From: Desulfatiglandales bacterium
GTDB taxonomy: Bacteria; Desulfobacterota; DSM-4660; Desulfatiglandales; Desulfatiglandaceae
Assembly (NCBI GenBank): GCA_963662465.1
Contig: OY759599.1
Coordinates: 7,712,001-7,776,000 of the forward strand
Direction of reading: 5' to 3'
DNA: 64,000 nucleotides
This document shows positions 18,641 to 28,538 of the stretch, piece by piece. The translations under genes were made by a program, and so were the position numbers. A model generated the notes under the pieces. It was not told the origin of the DNA and made no database searches. It worked only from the letters and a program-made list of their open reading frames with translations. Numbering within the stretch: the first letter of the stretch is position 1; every line of letters starts with the position of its first letter.

Positions 18641-19391
18641 ACCTCCAAACTTACGAGTAACTAAAGAGCGAACCTTTGGGTAATCGGGCAGAAAAACAAA
18701 GCGTAGAAAAGAAAAGAGAGAAAGCGGAAGAGAGGAAAAAGAAAACCCTGGTGCCACGTGCAATACATAATGAAAAAACCAGATCTTTGACACAAGCCCT
18801 TTCCCCTTGGAAACAATCACAAACATGCATATACGAGGACTATGGATTAATCTGCTAACTTTTTATTCATAGCTTGGCTTTTCATTGGACGCTGACGCTG
18901 CTGCTGGCCGCAATAATTGGTGACAGGGCGGAATATCATCAGAACCTTTTACGTTACAAACCCCAATATGCCATTCAAACCATTGATATCATGGGAGCAG
19001 AACATGGGATGCATGGTAACAACCTCTAACAAATCTATTGCTTATTTGTGACAAATTGTTTGAATCGCTTCGAAACATAGCCGGGGGTGCCCCTCGATCC
19101 ATCTTGACCATCCCCCGGCCGCTTGGGCTGGTGGGTAAGCAGCCGCAGTTTTTTACCGGGGGAATGGATGCTAAAACGTGATCCTTCTGAATTTCTGAAC
19201 ACCATAAAAAAGGGCTGGTGACATCGCGACAGGTAAGAGGGTTAACACATGTTAAAAGAGGGGATAATTCATGGAAAAAATCTCTGATGTGACATCATGC
19301 CCTGCCAAGGTGACAGGTTGCTATTTCCAAAAATCTGTTCTATAAAAGTGGTAATTTCCCTAATGATTTCGATTAAAAAGAGGACTGTATT

Positions 19392-19985
19392 ATGGGGGGG
19401 CATGGCTCTGGAAGGCCGTTATTCTCCGGGCGTAATGGCAGAGACACCACGGAAAGCCAGCACCGGGTTGATATACGATGGTTGAAACAACAAGGACGCC
19501 TTCGGCCTCATGCCTTTGGTTCGTTGTCCTGGTCAAGCGGGGGCAAAGAAACAGGCTCTATTGGTTATGCGATGGAAAAGGACCGGATGGTGCTGAAATA
19601 CCAGATAGGAGCCGATAAGGAACAGATTGAACAGACAGTTTGCTTTGACCGGACACCATGCCATTTTGGTGGATACCGACAATGGTTCCTTTGTCCCGGC
19701 TGCGGAAAGCGGGTGGCGCTTCTGTATGGGGCAGGGAAATACTTCCTTTGTCGGCATTGTTATGACCTGACGTATTCCTGCAAGCAGGAGCAGCCGGTTG
19801 ACCGCTACATGAGAAAGGCAAGGCGGATAAGATCTCGCCTAGGGGCAAGTGATAACCTGGGTGAACCGATATGGCAGAAGCCAAAGGGTATGCACTGGCG
19901 AACCTTTGAACGATTGAAGAACAAAGCGGATACAGCGAATGAGTGCTCATGGCGGATAATGGGCCGAAGGTTTGGGTTATGCTGA
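19392..19985 (+). CDS. Conserved hypothetical zinc-ribbon protein of mobile elements
   Basis: MGGHGSGR N-terminus, WFLCPGCGKRV-LY-FLCRHC, KPKGMHWRTFERL; RBS AGGA. Confidence 0.8.
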   Translation: MGGHGSGRPLFSGRNGRDTTESQHRVDIRWLKQQGRLRPHAFGSLSWSSGGKETGSIGYAMEKDRMVLKYQIGADKEQIEQTVCFDRTPCHFGGYRQWFLCPGCGKRVALLYGAGKYFLCRHCYDLTYSCKQEQPVDRYMRKARRIRSRLGASDNLGEPIWQKPKGMHWRTFERLKNKADTANECSWRIMGRRFGLC

Positions 19986-20780
19986 AAATCGTAAGCGCCC
20001 GGGGGATTGGTTCTAAACCAAAGAAAAACCAAAAGGGGGGAACCAGGCCTCCCCTGGGGCATTTATTAGCATCCCAATGGCAAGAAACCACTGGAGGCTG
20101 GCCACGATTATGGACATCGAGTTAATTAACAAGATCACTAAGTTTGCCTAAACATGGTTAGTGGTGGATAACCAATGGCTAACAGAGCAAAGTGAAGTAA
20201 GTTAATTTTGGTTAATTATTCAATCCACAGGACAGGATAGGAGAATGCTATCGTTTGCTAACCTTCAAGCGGGTTTTCAGAACCTGACAAAAGCTGACTT
20301 GAAGCACCTATATGAAAAACTTATGGATGGACTTTTTTAAATCTCAAGACAGGAGGGCAAATGGAAAAATAACATAAAGGAATACTGAATACCCGAAAGG
20401 GTGGTGTGCTAATTTCCGGCCGGAAACGGGGGATAAGCAGAAGGCGCTGAGACACCCTGGGCGGAAGCCAGGTAGGATGAACAACTGGAAATCAATAATG
20501 GTGATTTCTACGCATATCTTTGCTTGACAGGATTCCTTGATAGGACTATCAGAATAAATCAGGCCTGAATCGTTTGGTTGAGACATATTTTATGATGATG
20601 AAAATGTGGTTGATTTCTTTGGGATATGAAGGATCATAGGGTGGGAGTTCTGGGTAGGGCATGAGGTGAGGTGAAAAAGCTGGCGACCATCTTCCTGTAT
20701 GATTTTGATTTTGCACGATAAGGGCGCGACTTATTTTTTAAATATTGAAGATGGTGAGGTAAAATATTTTACGAATTTTC

Positions 20781-20809
20781 TTGACATTCAATATCATAAT
20801 ATTATGATA
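20781..20809 (+). promoter_or_regulatory. Sigma70 promoter with overlapping perfect 18-bp palindromic operator
   Basis: TTGACA 20781-20786, TATGAT -10; TATCATAAT|ATTATGATA 20792-20809. Confidence 0.8.
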
Positions 20810-20819
20810 GGAGCCGAAT

Positions 20820-21227
20820 GTGGACGATGAATTCTCTGGGCTGTGGAAACTTTACGATTATTATAATGAGAAGGGTGTAAATGAAATTAAGCTTTGGACA
20901 GAAAAACTTGAGAAAAAACATCGCATTAAATTAAACCTTAAGCTTGACATGTTAGAACAAACTGGCCCGGATTTATCACCAAGACTGCTCGCTGGTCCTG
21001 TCTTTGACCATGTGTACAAGTTAAGGGTCGATGCGAAAGAAGTTCAACTCAGGCCATTTCTATGTAAAGGCCCGATTGATAATGGCAAGGAATTTACTCT
21101 CCTTTTGGGGGCTAAAGAAGTTGGTGGCAAATATGACCCCAGAAACGCAAAGAAAATTGCTGCATACAATAGGATGGAAATTATAGCCAACAAAAACAGG
21201 CGGTGTGATCATGAGCGGATTAGGTGA
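20820..21227 (+). CDS. RelE/HigB (Gp49-like) toxin
   Basis: KLDMLEQTG...VYKLRV...LRPFLC...FTLLLGAKE pattern; precedes XRE antitoxin (HigBA order). Confidence 0.7.
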   Translation: MDDEFSGLWKLYDYYNEKGVNEIKLWTEKLEKKHRIKLNLKLDMLEQTGPDLSPRLLAGPVFDHVYKLRVDAKEVQLRPFLCKGPIDNGKEFTLLLGAKEVGGKYDPRNAKKIAAYNRMEIIANKNRRCDHERIR

Positions 21228-21777
21228 CATCCTAAAGGAAGACTTTAAAGACAAAGAAACCCGTGATATATACTGCGGCGAATTCTTGAATTCCAGCATA
21301 GCGACACAAATCAAGGTGTTGCGAGAGCAGCGTAATTTAACCCAAAAAGAGTTGGCAACCCTGGCAGGGATGAAACAATCACGGATAGCCACAATAGAAG
21401 ATGTAAATTATTCGTCATGGAGCATAAAGACCCTCAAAAGAATAGCAGAAGCGTTTGATTTAGCGCTTACCGTGCAATTTGACAGCTTTGGGTCTAAATT
21501 GTTTGACATCATTAACCTTCAACGCGACACGCTGGCAAGGCCTTCATTTGACGATGATCCGGTTTTTCAAGAAGAACTTGGCACACAATATAATATAACG
21601 GTTTCCGGGGAACCGATTGAAAGCCCTACGTTCATAGATAGAAGGGAAGATGTTCTCACAACCGATGATGAAACGCTCGAAATTTTGCCATTTTATACTG
21701 AAGTCATAGGGGCATTTGCCACAATGGCGACAATTTCAGACCAACACAACAACAGACTATTAAGGCTTGCTACTTAG
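21205..21777 (+). CDS. XRE-family HTH antitoxin (HigA-like) with long acidic C-terminal extension
   Basis: IKVLREQRNLTQKELATLAGMKQSRIATIE...TLKRIAEAFD; ~75-aa tail ending LLRLAT. Confidence 0.85.
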   Translation: MIMSGLGDILKEDFKDKETRDIYCGEFLNSSIATQIKVLREQRNLTQKELATLAGMKQSRIATIEDVNYSSWSIKTLKRIAEAFDLALTVQFDSFGSKLFDIINLQRDTLARPSFDDDPVFQEELGTQYNITVSGEPIESPTFIDRREDVLTTDDETLEILPFYTEVIGAFATMATISDQHNNRLLRLAT

Positions 21778-21789
21778 GGAGGGCAACCC

Positions 21790-22122
21790 ATGACCAACAT
21801 TAAGGAGGAAAAACCTTCTGAAGATCAACATAAAAAAAGGGCTACATTTAAACGAGTTCAATCCGACAAACACCGCCTTTATTACGCCAGCAACACCCAG
21901 GTGAAAGGGTCTTTCTTTGATATACGCGTGATTGCTGGCGAGATTGTTCCTAGTGACAACGACGAAGCTGTGTTCCGAGAGGATGTTTCAGTCGTGTTCT
22001 CCCCTCAACATGCCAAGGCTGTTCTCGGACTATTAAAACAACAAATAACGGACTATGAGAAGAAATACGGGGATATCCCTACCCTTAAGAACGCTCTCGC
22101 TATTAATGTGGACGTTCAATAG
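21790..22122 (+). CDS. DUF3467-like protein
   Basis: YYASN...FDIRV...VVFSPQHAKAVLGLLKQQITDYEKKYGDIP matches DUF3467 pattern; RBS GGAGG. Confidence 0.75.
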   Translation: MTNIKEEKPSEDQHKKRATFKRVQSDKHRLYYASNTQVKGSFFDIRVIAGEIVPSDNDEAVFREDVSVVFSPQHAKAVLGLLKQQITDYEKKYGDIPTLKNALAINVDVQ

Positions 22123-22150
22123 CCCATCTGACAACCCTATACACCCACCC

Positions 22151-22172
22151 AACCGCCTTCGGGCGGTTTTTT
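22151..22172 (+). terminator. Rho-independent terminator of the three-gene operon
   Basis: aaccgcc-ttcg-ggcggtt followed by T-run. Confidence 0.85.
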
Positions 22173-22607
22173 GTGCCCATTTCCCACCGATCCCTGCAAT
22201 AATCCTCAAACGTCTCGTACTTCTCACGGTACAGGCTGGAATTTCTGATCTCGATATTTATTTGACTGAGCTTTGTTCAAAAAAATGAACATCGCAAGAT
22301 CCCTGCCCATGTCGGCGAGACTGTAAGTTTCCCTGAAAGTTTGCTCTGGAACGCGCTACAGGGGGCATATAGGGTCGCAAGAATCAAACGTCCGCAGCGA
22401 AAGGCACAGTTGGGGGGTATGGGTTCTGGAATACCGGCTCAATTTCAACAAAAAAAATAGCCAAGGTGGGAGTTCGGAGCCGCCATCCCCCGGCCAGAAG
22501 TCCTGAAAAGAAGATATCATCGGGAGCCCGCCTTTGCTTTCCGACTTGGCCGCTTTGGGCGGTATAGTGCGGCCTCGGCCAAATGAGGAAAGGCGAACGA
22601 GTATCGA

Positions 22608-22731
22608 ATCGAGTAGCCGGGGGTTTTTCTCCCCCAGCCTCTACCCCATCCCGCATGAGGTTCCGCACAGGGTGTTTTCGCAGATGTTACCGGGCCGTAG
22701 CCGAGTAAGAGGTGCTCACCCACAGTTCAAA
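22608..22731 (-). mobile_element. Truncated group II intron 3' end (IEP tail, domains V-VI; class IIC-like)
   Basis: Minus strand ELWVSTSYSATAR* then accctgtgcggaacctcatgcgggatggggt...ggctgggggagaaaaacccccggctactcgAT. Confidence 0.75.
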
Positions 22732-22778
22732 AAAATACGGGCATGCCGGCAGCTCCTTATTCTCTTCAATATTTCAAC

Positions 22779-25520
22779 TTACCATCTGGTCAGCAGTTCT
22801 CGGATCGCCTCAGCTTGGTTAAGTACCTCGGAGGTATTGTCCCAGTCCGCATCCAACGATTCTACAGTCTCTTTCAGGGTGAAAGGATTTTGTTCCCGTT
22901 CGGCGATGATGGTGAGGATAGTATTCTCGTCCCATTCCTTATCATCCAGCATATCGGTGACCCACTGGTCCACAATGAAATCGGGAATAGTGCCGAAGAT
23001 ACTCGTGATCTCTTGAATGCGACCGGAGAGGGTCTGGAAGAGCCTCAGTTCTGCACCCTTGTCATAGCGCATGTTGTAGAAGGGGATCCGCTTTGCCAAG
23101 GTACCACGCTGAACGCGCCCTTTGCGCTGTTCCAGAAGAGTTGGGTTCCAAGGCAAATCGAGATTGATCAAACAGCCCAGTTTCTGCAGGTTAAGCCCGG
23201 TGCTGGCAGCATCGGTGCCAATCAGCAATTTCAGCCGCTCCTGCACCACTTTTTCCTTGAGCAAATCACGATTGACGCTCTGGATCTTTCCTCCCTCGAA
23301 GAGTTTGCTGGCACTGCTGTTGGTGTAGAGACCGATCGGCTCTTCAATGTGCTCCACCAGATACTCGGCAAGAGCATAGGCGGAATCATAGAACTGGCTG
23401 AAAATCAGCACCCCACGGTCGAGCCAGGTACGTCCCTCAAATTTCGATGCCAGAATCTCCCGTACCCGTTCAAACTTTGGATCATTTTCTCGCTCCAGAT
23501 GGCGCGTTAGATGTTCTTCGAGCCTCATCAGAAATTCCTTTTCATCGTCAGTCAGTGGGTAAATGGATTGGGCATCGTCATCCGGATCATCCTCGATTTC
23601 CAGCGCCCGGCCGACGAGCATCTTGCGGGTTGTCTTGAGGCCGGCTTCCAGCGAACTTCCCACCCGGCGCTGCAAGAGGGTCTTGATGAAGCCTCCCGCC
23701 TTGATCCGATGGTGAAGTGCTTTAGCAAAATCCTCGGCCAGCTCGAAGGCCTGCGCCATGCTGTGCGAGCAGAGAATCGGCTGGCCATCGCCAAAGACAA
23801 CCATCTCGATCTTCACCAGTTTCCCTTCTTCTTCCAGGCGGTCACGGGAGCGCTTAACGACCCACTGTGTAAAAGGGTTGACCTCCCGCAGGGTTATGAA
23901 CTCCAGTTCATCAGCGCGAGATGAATCGAGCTTGTCCAAGTCGGCATTGGTCGCCAGGTCGTCGGCGACGCTAAGCCCGAGATCGTTACGAATCCAGTCA
24001 AACACCTCGGTGCGTCCATCTAGTCGGGTTGGCAGGGGGTTGCGCCAGTATTGCCATTTTTCATAAAGCTGGGTCAACTCTTCGCGGCCGGCGACCAGAT
24101 CAAAAATCTCCGGGCCGTCGTGTTTTCTCCACAGACTGTTTTCGCCGCCCAATATCTGAGGGTTATTGACAGAGAGGATGTGCAACAGGTCCCACAACTC
24201 CATGGGATGTAATTGCACGGGAGTTGCTGTTGCCAGCAGCATGGTCATCGTACGGCTGGCTAATTGCTCGGCAAACATGTATAGGCGTTTCTTCTCCGGT
24301 GATTTATAAACATTGTTGGGGGAGAGGTTCCCCCGCCTGATTTTATGGGCTTCGTCCCAGATGACACAGGAGTAACGTCTTTGCAGCAGCTGTTCAATAA
24401 GGATACTGTTTCGCTCTGATATGGGGGCGCTGGTGATGACCGAGGTCGAGACAATACCGATCTTGCGGGGGCAGTTTGTCAGCCGGTCAGGAAGCGCCGG
24501 ATGGAACTCGTCCCGCTCGGTCAGCCAACCGCCGTTCTCCCAGCGAGCTGAAGGGACGGCAAGTTTCAGCAACAACTCTTCCTGCCATTGAGCCAAGAGT
24601 GGTTTGGGGGCAAGGATCAGGATAGGCAGTGAATCAAGGGTGCCGATCAATTTAGCCAGAGCACCGAGCTGCAGGGTTTTTCCTAACCCTACCCCATCAC
24701 AGAGAAGAAAGCGAGCGCCGCGCAGGGGATCATTTTTATGTTTGAGATGTTCGTTGAAAGCAAGATTGATGAAATACTTCTGGTGGTCCCAGAAACCAAA
24801 AAGTTCGGTGGCTGTGGGTACTTCGGCCAGCAGCGGCTCTGGTTTGGGTTTTTCCAGCCAGGGGCCGATGTGCTCCAGAACGGTCCGTTGTGATAGTCTT
24901 CCGATCTGCTTTACGATAAACTCGGAAAGAGGGAAGCCTTTCTCCCACAGGGCATCAAACTCCTGCTGAACCCAGGTGACACTTTCTGGGCTGTCATCTT
25001 CCCAAACCAGCTCATAATTCCTGGTCCAGGCCCGGGAAGAGTCGTTGGCGCTGCCAATAAAGGATGTTGCCCCCTGCGGCCCTTCAATTACCCCGCCTTT
25101 GCCATGCACAAACCCGAATTCGGAATCCGGAACGATACGAATCTCGAAGAGCCGACCATCTTGGCTGGAAGCTTTCAGCAGTTGGTACAGAATCTTGAGT
25201 CTGGTCTGTGCCTCGTGGCCATGCACATCCACCAGGTGGGGGAATTGACCGGCATTCCAGGCAAGCCGCAACAGACTCTCCTCCAATTCCTTACGTCGGG
25301 AGCCGGTTGCCATGCGTACTGTCTTCACGTCCTCGGCGCTTACCTCGGCATTGCAGACAATCCGTATCTGGGGAATATCGGCCAACTCAGTCGCCGCCAG
25401 TTCCAGCAGACTACTCTGAAAATAACCGGCGATACGATCATAGCGGCGGGCATCGGCCAGACGCTTCTGCAGAAACTCGTTGTAGAGGCTTCCACGGCGG
25501 GAGCTAAAACGCTGTAGCAT
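22779..25520 (-). CDS. PLD-nuclease/SNF2 helicase fusion (restriction-like system)
   Basis: HGKGG...GSAND (HKD-type), DGVGLGKT, DEAH, ATATP, TGLNLQ, QRKGRVQR; start reassigned to ATG 25520. Confidence 0.9.
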   Translation of the reverse strand: MLQRFSSRRGSLYNEFLQKRLADARRYDRIAGYFQSSLLELAATELADIPQIRIVCNAEVSAEDVKTVRMATGSRRKELEESLLRLAWNAGQFPHLVDVHGHEAQTRLKILYQLLKASSQDGRLFEIRIVPDSEFGFVHGKGGVIEGPQGATSFIGSANDSSRAWTRNYELVWEDDSPESVTWVQQEFDALWEKGFPLSEFIVKQIGRLSQRTVLEHIGPWLEKPKPEPLLAEVPTATELFGFWDHQKYFINLAFNEHLKHKNDPLRGARFLLCDGVGLGKTLQLGALAKLIGTLDSLPILILAPKPLLAQWQEELLLKLAVPSARWENGGWLTERDEFHPALPDRLTNCPRKIGIVSTSVITSAPISERNSILIEQLLQRRYSCVIWDEAHKIRRGNLSPNNVYKSPEKKRLYMFAEQLASRTMTMLLATATPVQLHPMELWDLLHILSVNNPQILGGENSLWRKHDGPEIFDLVAGREELTQLYEKWQYWRNPLPTRLDGRTEVFDWIRNDLGLSVADDLATNADLDKLDSSRADELEFITLREVNPFTQWVVKRSRDRLEEEGKLVKIEMVVFGDGQPILCSHSMAQAFELAEDFAKALHHRIKAGGFIKTLLQRRVGSSLEAGLKTTRKMLVGRALEIEDDPDDDAQSIYPLTDDEKEFLMRLEEHLTRHLERENDPKFERVREILASKFEGRTWLDRGVLIFSQFYDSAYALAEYLVEHIEEPIGLYTNSSASKLFEGGKIQSVNRDLLKEKVVQERLKLLIGTDAASTGLNLQKLGCLINLDLPWNPTLLEQRKGRVQRGTLAKRIPFYNMRYDKGAELRLFQTLSGRIQEITSIFGTIPDFIVDQWVTDMLDDKEWDENTILTIIAEREQNPFTLKETVESLDADWDNTSEVLNQAEAIRELLTRW

Positions 25521-25524
25521 CTTG

Positions 25525-28518
25525 TCATGCTCTCCAGTTTTCGACGCTGATGGCAAGCGCTGCCAGGGGGTTCTGATAGTCCTGCCACTGGTTATTGCCG
25601 GCAGTGGCCTCGCGCAGATAGGCCAGGATTACTGCCAGGCGGCTGGTGCGGATATTCCAGAAGTCTGTGCTGTCCACCAGGTGTTTGACCGCCCGGTCCA
25701 TGTCCGCCCCTTCCGCAAGGAGTTTCAGCGAGTGGTAGAGCTGTCGGGTGGGGGAGTATTTCCACAGCCCCCGTTCGGCAGGGGCAATGTCGGCAAAGCG
25801 TCCAGCATCGGGGCGCGGCAGTTCTTCGGGCAGCATAGTCCGGCTGTCGTTGGCCCGCACCGGTCCCATCAGGCTTTCGTAGTCGGCAAGGCCATAGGCG
25901 CGGCCCAGGTCCTGAAATGCGCTGATTTTGAACATGCCCTGCTGTTCGATCTCAAGGCCCTTGAGCAGAAACTTTTCCTCTGCCGCAAACTCCCGCCAGA
26001 ACTGGTAGGAGTCGCCGGCAGCCTGTTTTTTAATGGCTCGCTCCATGGCTGGCGGCACAAGGAAATCGGTGGCGGTTCGCTTGGCGTTTTCCATGAGGAC
26101 ACGCAGGGCGGAACGGCCGCGCTCCCGGTTGGGGGTACACAGTTCTGCTTCCAGATCAACCCCGTCAATGGTACCATAGCCGGTCACCACTTCGGCGGCG
26201 GTGGCCTGGGCAGCCAGCAGATAATCAGTGTCTGTATAGCCGCAGCGGGTGAGGCCACCTTCCACCTGGCTCTGGCGCATGCGGGTAATGACCTCTTTAA
26301 CCCGTTTGTTCACCTGGGGGGTGATGAAATCAACAAAACCCATCTTGTCGCCGGTCCGTTTGCGCAGTACCATGTTATAGGTGGCCTGGACATAGTTGCC
26401 GGAGCGGATGCCAGCCCCGGGCGTCTCGGTGGCCACACTCCAGACCTGTTTCACCTGAAGGCCGGCAGCCCACATGATGAGGGCCAGGTCTTCCCATACA
26501 TCGGTGGACTTGTGGGTGAACATCAGCACCTGCATACCGTTGTCCGGCATTTTCATGGCGAGGCGGCGATAGCAGTCGGCCATAGCCATACGGAATGGGG
26601 CATCGTTTCCCTTCACAGCTCGGGTTCGCATGGAATCGGTGTACCAGTCCGGAAAGGCTGCTTTCAGGTGTGGGATATACCAGGCCAGGAAGAACTCGGA
26701 TAGTTCCTCATAGTTGACCGCATCTGCGTAAGGCGGGTCAGTGATCCAAAGGTGGCAGGTTGAATCGATTTCACGGGCATCACACACTTCAACCTTGTTT
26801 ACCTGATTTGTTGTAATTGCCTGGTGTCCCGGTTGCGCCTGAAAAGCCAAATGTTTCCAGGATCGGCAGGCATAATTCAACATAGTATTGAGAGCTTGGT
26901 TGTAGTACACAGAAACCGTCCCGCCAATGCCTCCTCCATCACCTGATTTCCATCGAGTTAAACGGGCATTTGCTTCGATAACTCGGCCAAAAGCTAGAGT
27001 TAAAGCAGCCCGGACCTCAGTCTCGCATCCTACCAACCGTCGTGAATACTCCCCTGCCATCAACAACTGCCTCGGATTAAAAAGCTGGTGCCAGTGGGTC
27101 CAGCCCCTTGTACGGATTGGTTCATCCGTCTTTTCTCCCGGTTCGATCCGCCAGCCGGGGATCCAGCCGTCCAACTGCCATTCGGCAAAGATATCCTCCA
27201 ACATCTCTACAACCCTGGATTCGACCTCCAAGTCATGGATGTGTGGTTCTCGGTAAACCAGATCGCCCCGGCGAACACGCCCACGCTCGTCTTCATAATC
27301 GGGCTTTCGCCAGCGGATGCAGTAGAGCCGTTCCTGCAGGAGGTCATCAGGCCGCGGGATAAAGTCGCTTTTTTCCCAGCGTCGCAACCCCCCGGCGTTT
27401 TCAATAAGTTGATTGTAGGGAATGGTGCGCTGAATGTTCTGGCGGCAGCCTTCCTGTTTGAAAATCTCCCAGAGGGCCGGGGGACAGACCACATCCCGCC
27501 CCTGCTTGGTCCCTTCTTTGACATGCTTCCAGCCCTCTCCGCCATGAACCACCCGGAATCCGAATTTTTTTTCCGCCTTGATGGGAACCAACTCCACCCA
27601 GGTTTTCGTTTTCGGGGCAATTTCCCAGCTCGGGCAGATGGGGACGCGCCAATTGTCCCACTCCGGCACCACCATCTCCAAACAATAAAGATAAGTCTCG
27701 GCCCTCCATCCTTCCTCACTCTGCTCCAATTCATGTTCACAGAGCCAAGCGTCCATCTCATTGTACAGCCTCTGCTGCTCGGTATGGACCAGAGCCCGAA
27801 GTTCATCGCTGCCGCCGACAATATTGAGCGCCCCCCAGGTAAGAAGACAGGCAACAGGATTAAGATCCGATGCATAGACATCGCAGCCCAGTTCAGCCGC
27901 CTCGAAGGGGATGGAGCCAAGACCGGAAAAAGCATCCCCTAACTTGAGCCGCCCGCCGAACTGGCGTCCGGAAAGCTCCTGAACCAGCTCCGGCAGGGAT
28001 GTGGCCGTGGTGCGAAGATAGATGTTGATTTCCTTCCACGATTCCGGCGCCGGTCCGTCGATCTCTTCCACCCGGTAGCAATATTTACGCTGGGTGGTAT
28101 GGTCCATGGTGTAGAAGACCCGTTTCTCCAAGGCTTCTTTCATCTGTTGGTCAAGGCCACGCCGCTTCCAGCGGCTATCTTCGTCAAACAGGGCTCCGAG
28201 TTCTTCGCCGGTGGCCATGGATTCACAGAGGTCGGCCGGCAAAGGGGCCTTCTTGCGCCGCCACATACCTGCGTTATCAAGACACATACACTTGAGGAAT
28301 ATTTCCAGATCATCCGGCCAACGTTCTGGATCATCGGAGGCTGGAAAGACTGCGGCCAGAATAATAGAGCGGGTTAGGACCAATGGTTTGGAGCCCCACC
28401 ACTTACCAAGACTATTCAGCGGTTTGCCGACATAGGGGAGCCGTTCAATATAGCTTTCTAGCGACAGGGGACCGATGGGAAACTGGACTTCCAGGAGAGA
28501 GCGTTGGGCCATAATCAC
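25525..28518 (-). CDS. DUF1156 amino (adenine-type) DNA methyltransferase
   Basis: KWWGSKPL, DAFSGLGSIPFEA (motif I), TDPPY (motif IV). Confidence 0.9.
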   Translation of the reverse strand: MIMAQRSLLEVQFPIGPLSLESYIERLPYVGKPLNSLGKWWGSKPLVLTRSIILAAVFPASDDPERWPDDLEIFLKCMCLDNAGMWRRKKAPLPADLCESMATGEELGALFDEDSRWKRRGLDQQMKEALEKRVFYTMDHTTQRKYCYRVEEIDGPAPESWKEINIYLRTTATSLPELVQELSGRQFGGRLKLGDAFSGLGSIPFEAAELGCDVYASDLNPVACLLTWGALNIVGGSDELRALVHTEQQRLYNEMDAWLCEHELEQSEEGWRAETYLYCLEMVVPEWDNWRVPICPSWEIAPKTKTWVELVPIKAEKKFGFRVVHGGEGWKHVKEGTKQGRDVVCPPALWEIFKQEGCRQNIQRTIPYNQLIENAGGLRRWEKSDFIPRPDDLLQERLYCIRWRKPDYEDERGRVRRGDLVYREPHIHDLEVESRVVEMLEDIFAEWQLDGWIPGWRIEPGEKTDEPIRTRGWTHWHQLFNPRQLLMAGEYSRRLVGCETEVRAALTLAFGRVIEANARLTRWKSGDGGGIGGTVSVYYNQALNTMLNYACRSWKHLAFQAQPGHQAITTNQVNKVEVCDAREIDSTCHLWITDPPYADAVNYEELSEFFLAWYIPHLKAAFPDWYTDSMRTRAVKGNDAPFRMAMADCYRRLAMKMPDNGMQVLMFTHKSTDVWEDLALIMWAAGLQVKQVWSVATETPGAGIRSGNYVQATYNMVLRKRTGDKMGFVDFITPQVNKRVKEVITRMRQSQVEGGLTRCGYTDTDYLLAAQATAAEVVTGYGTIDGVDLEAELCTPNRERGRSALRVLMENAKRTATDFLVPPAMERAIKKQAAGDSYQFWREFAAEEKFLLKGLEIEQQGMFKISAFQDLGRAYGLADYESLMGPVRANDSRTMLPEELPRPDAGRFADIAPAERGLWKYSPTRQLYHSLKLLAEGADMDRAVKHLVDSTDFWNIRTSRLAVILAYLREATAGNNQWQDYQNPLAALAISVENWRA

Positions 28519-28538
28519 ACACCTTTTTCAGAAGAGCT

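Noticed and set aside
20240..20630. Protein-like fragments between the zinc-ribbon gene and the TA promoter
   Set aside because: Multiple stops; cannot assign a family, at most an unidentifiable pseudogene
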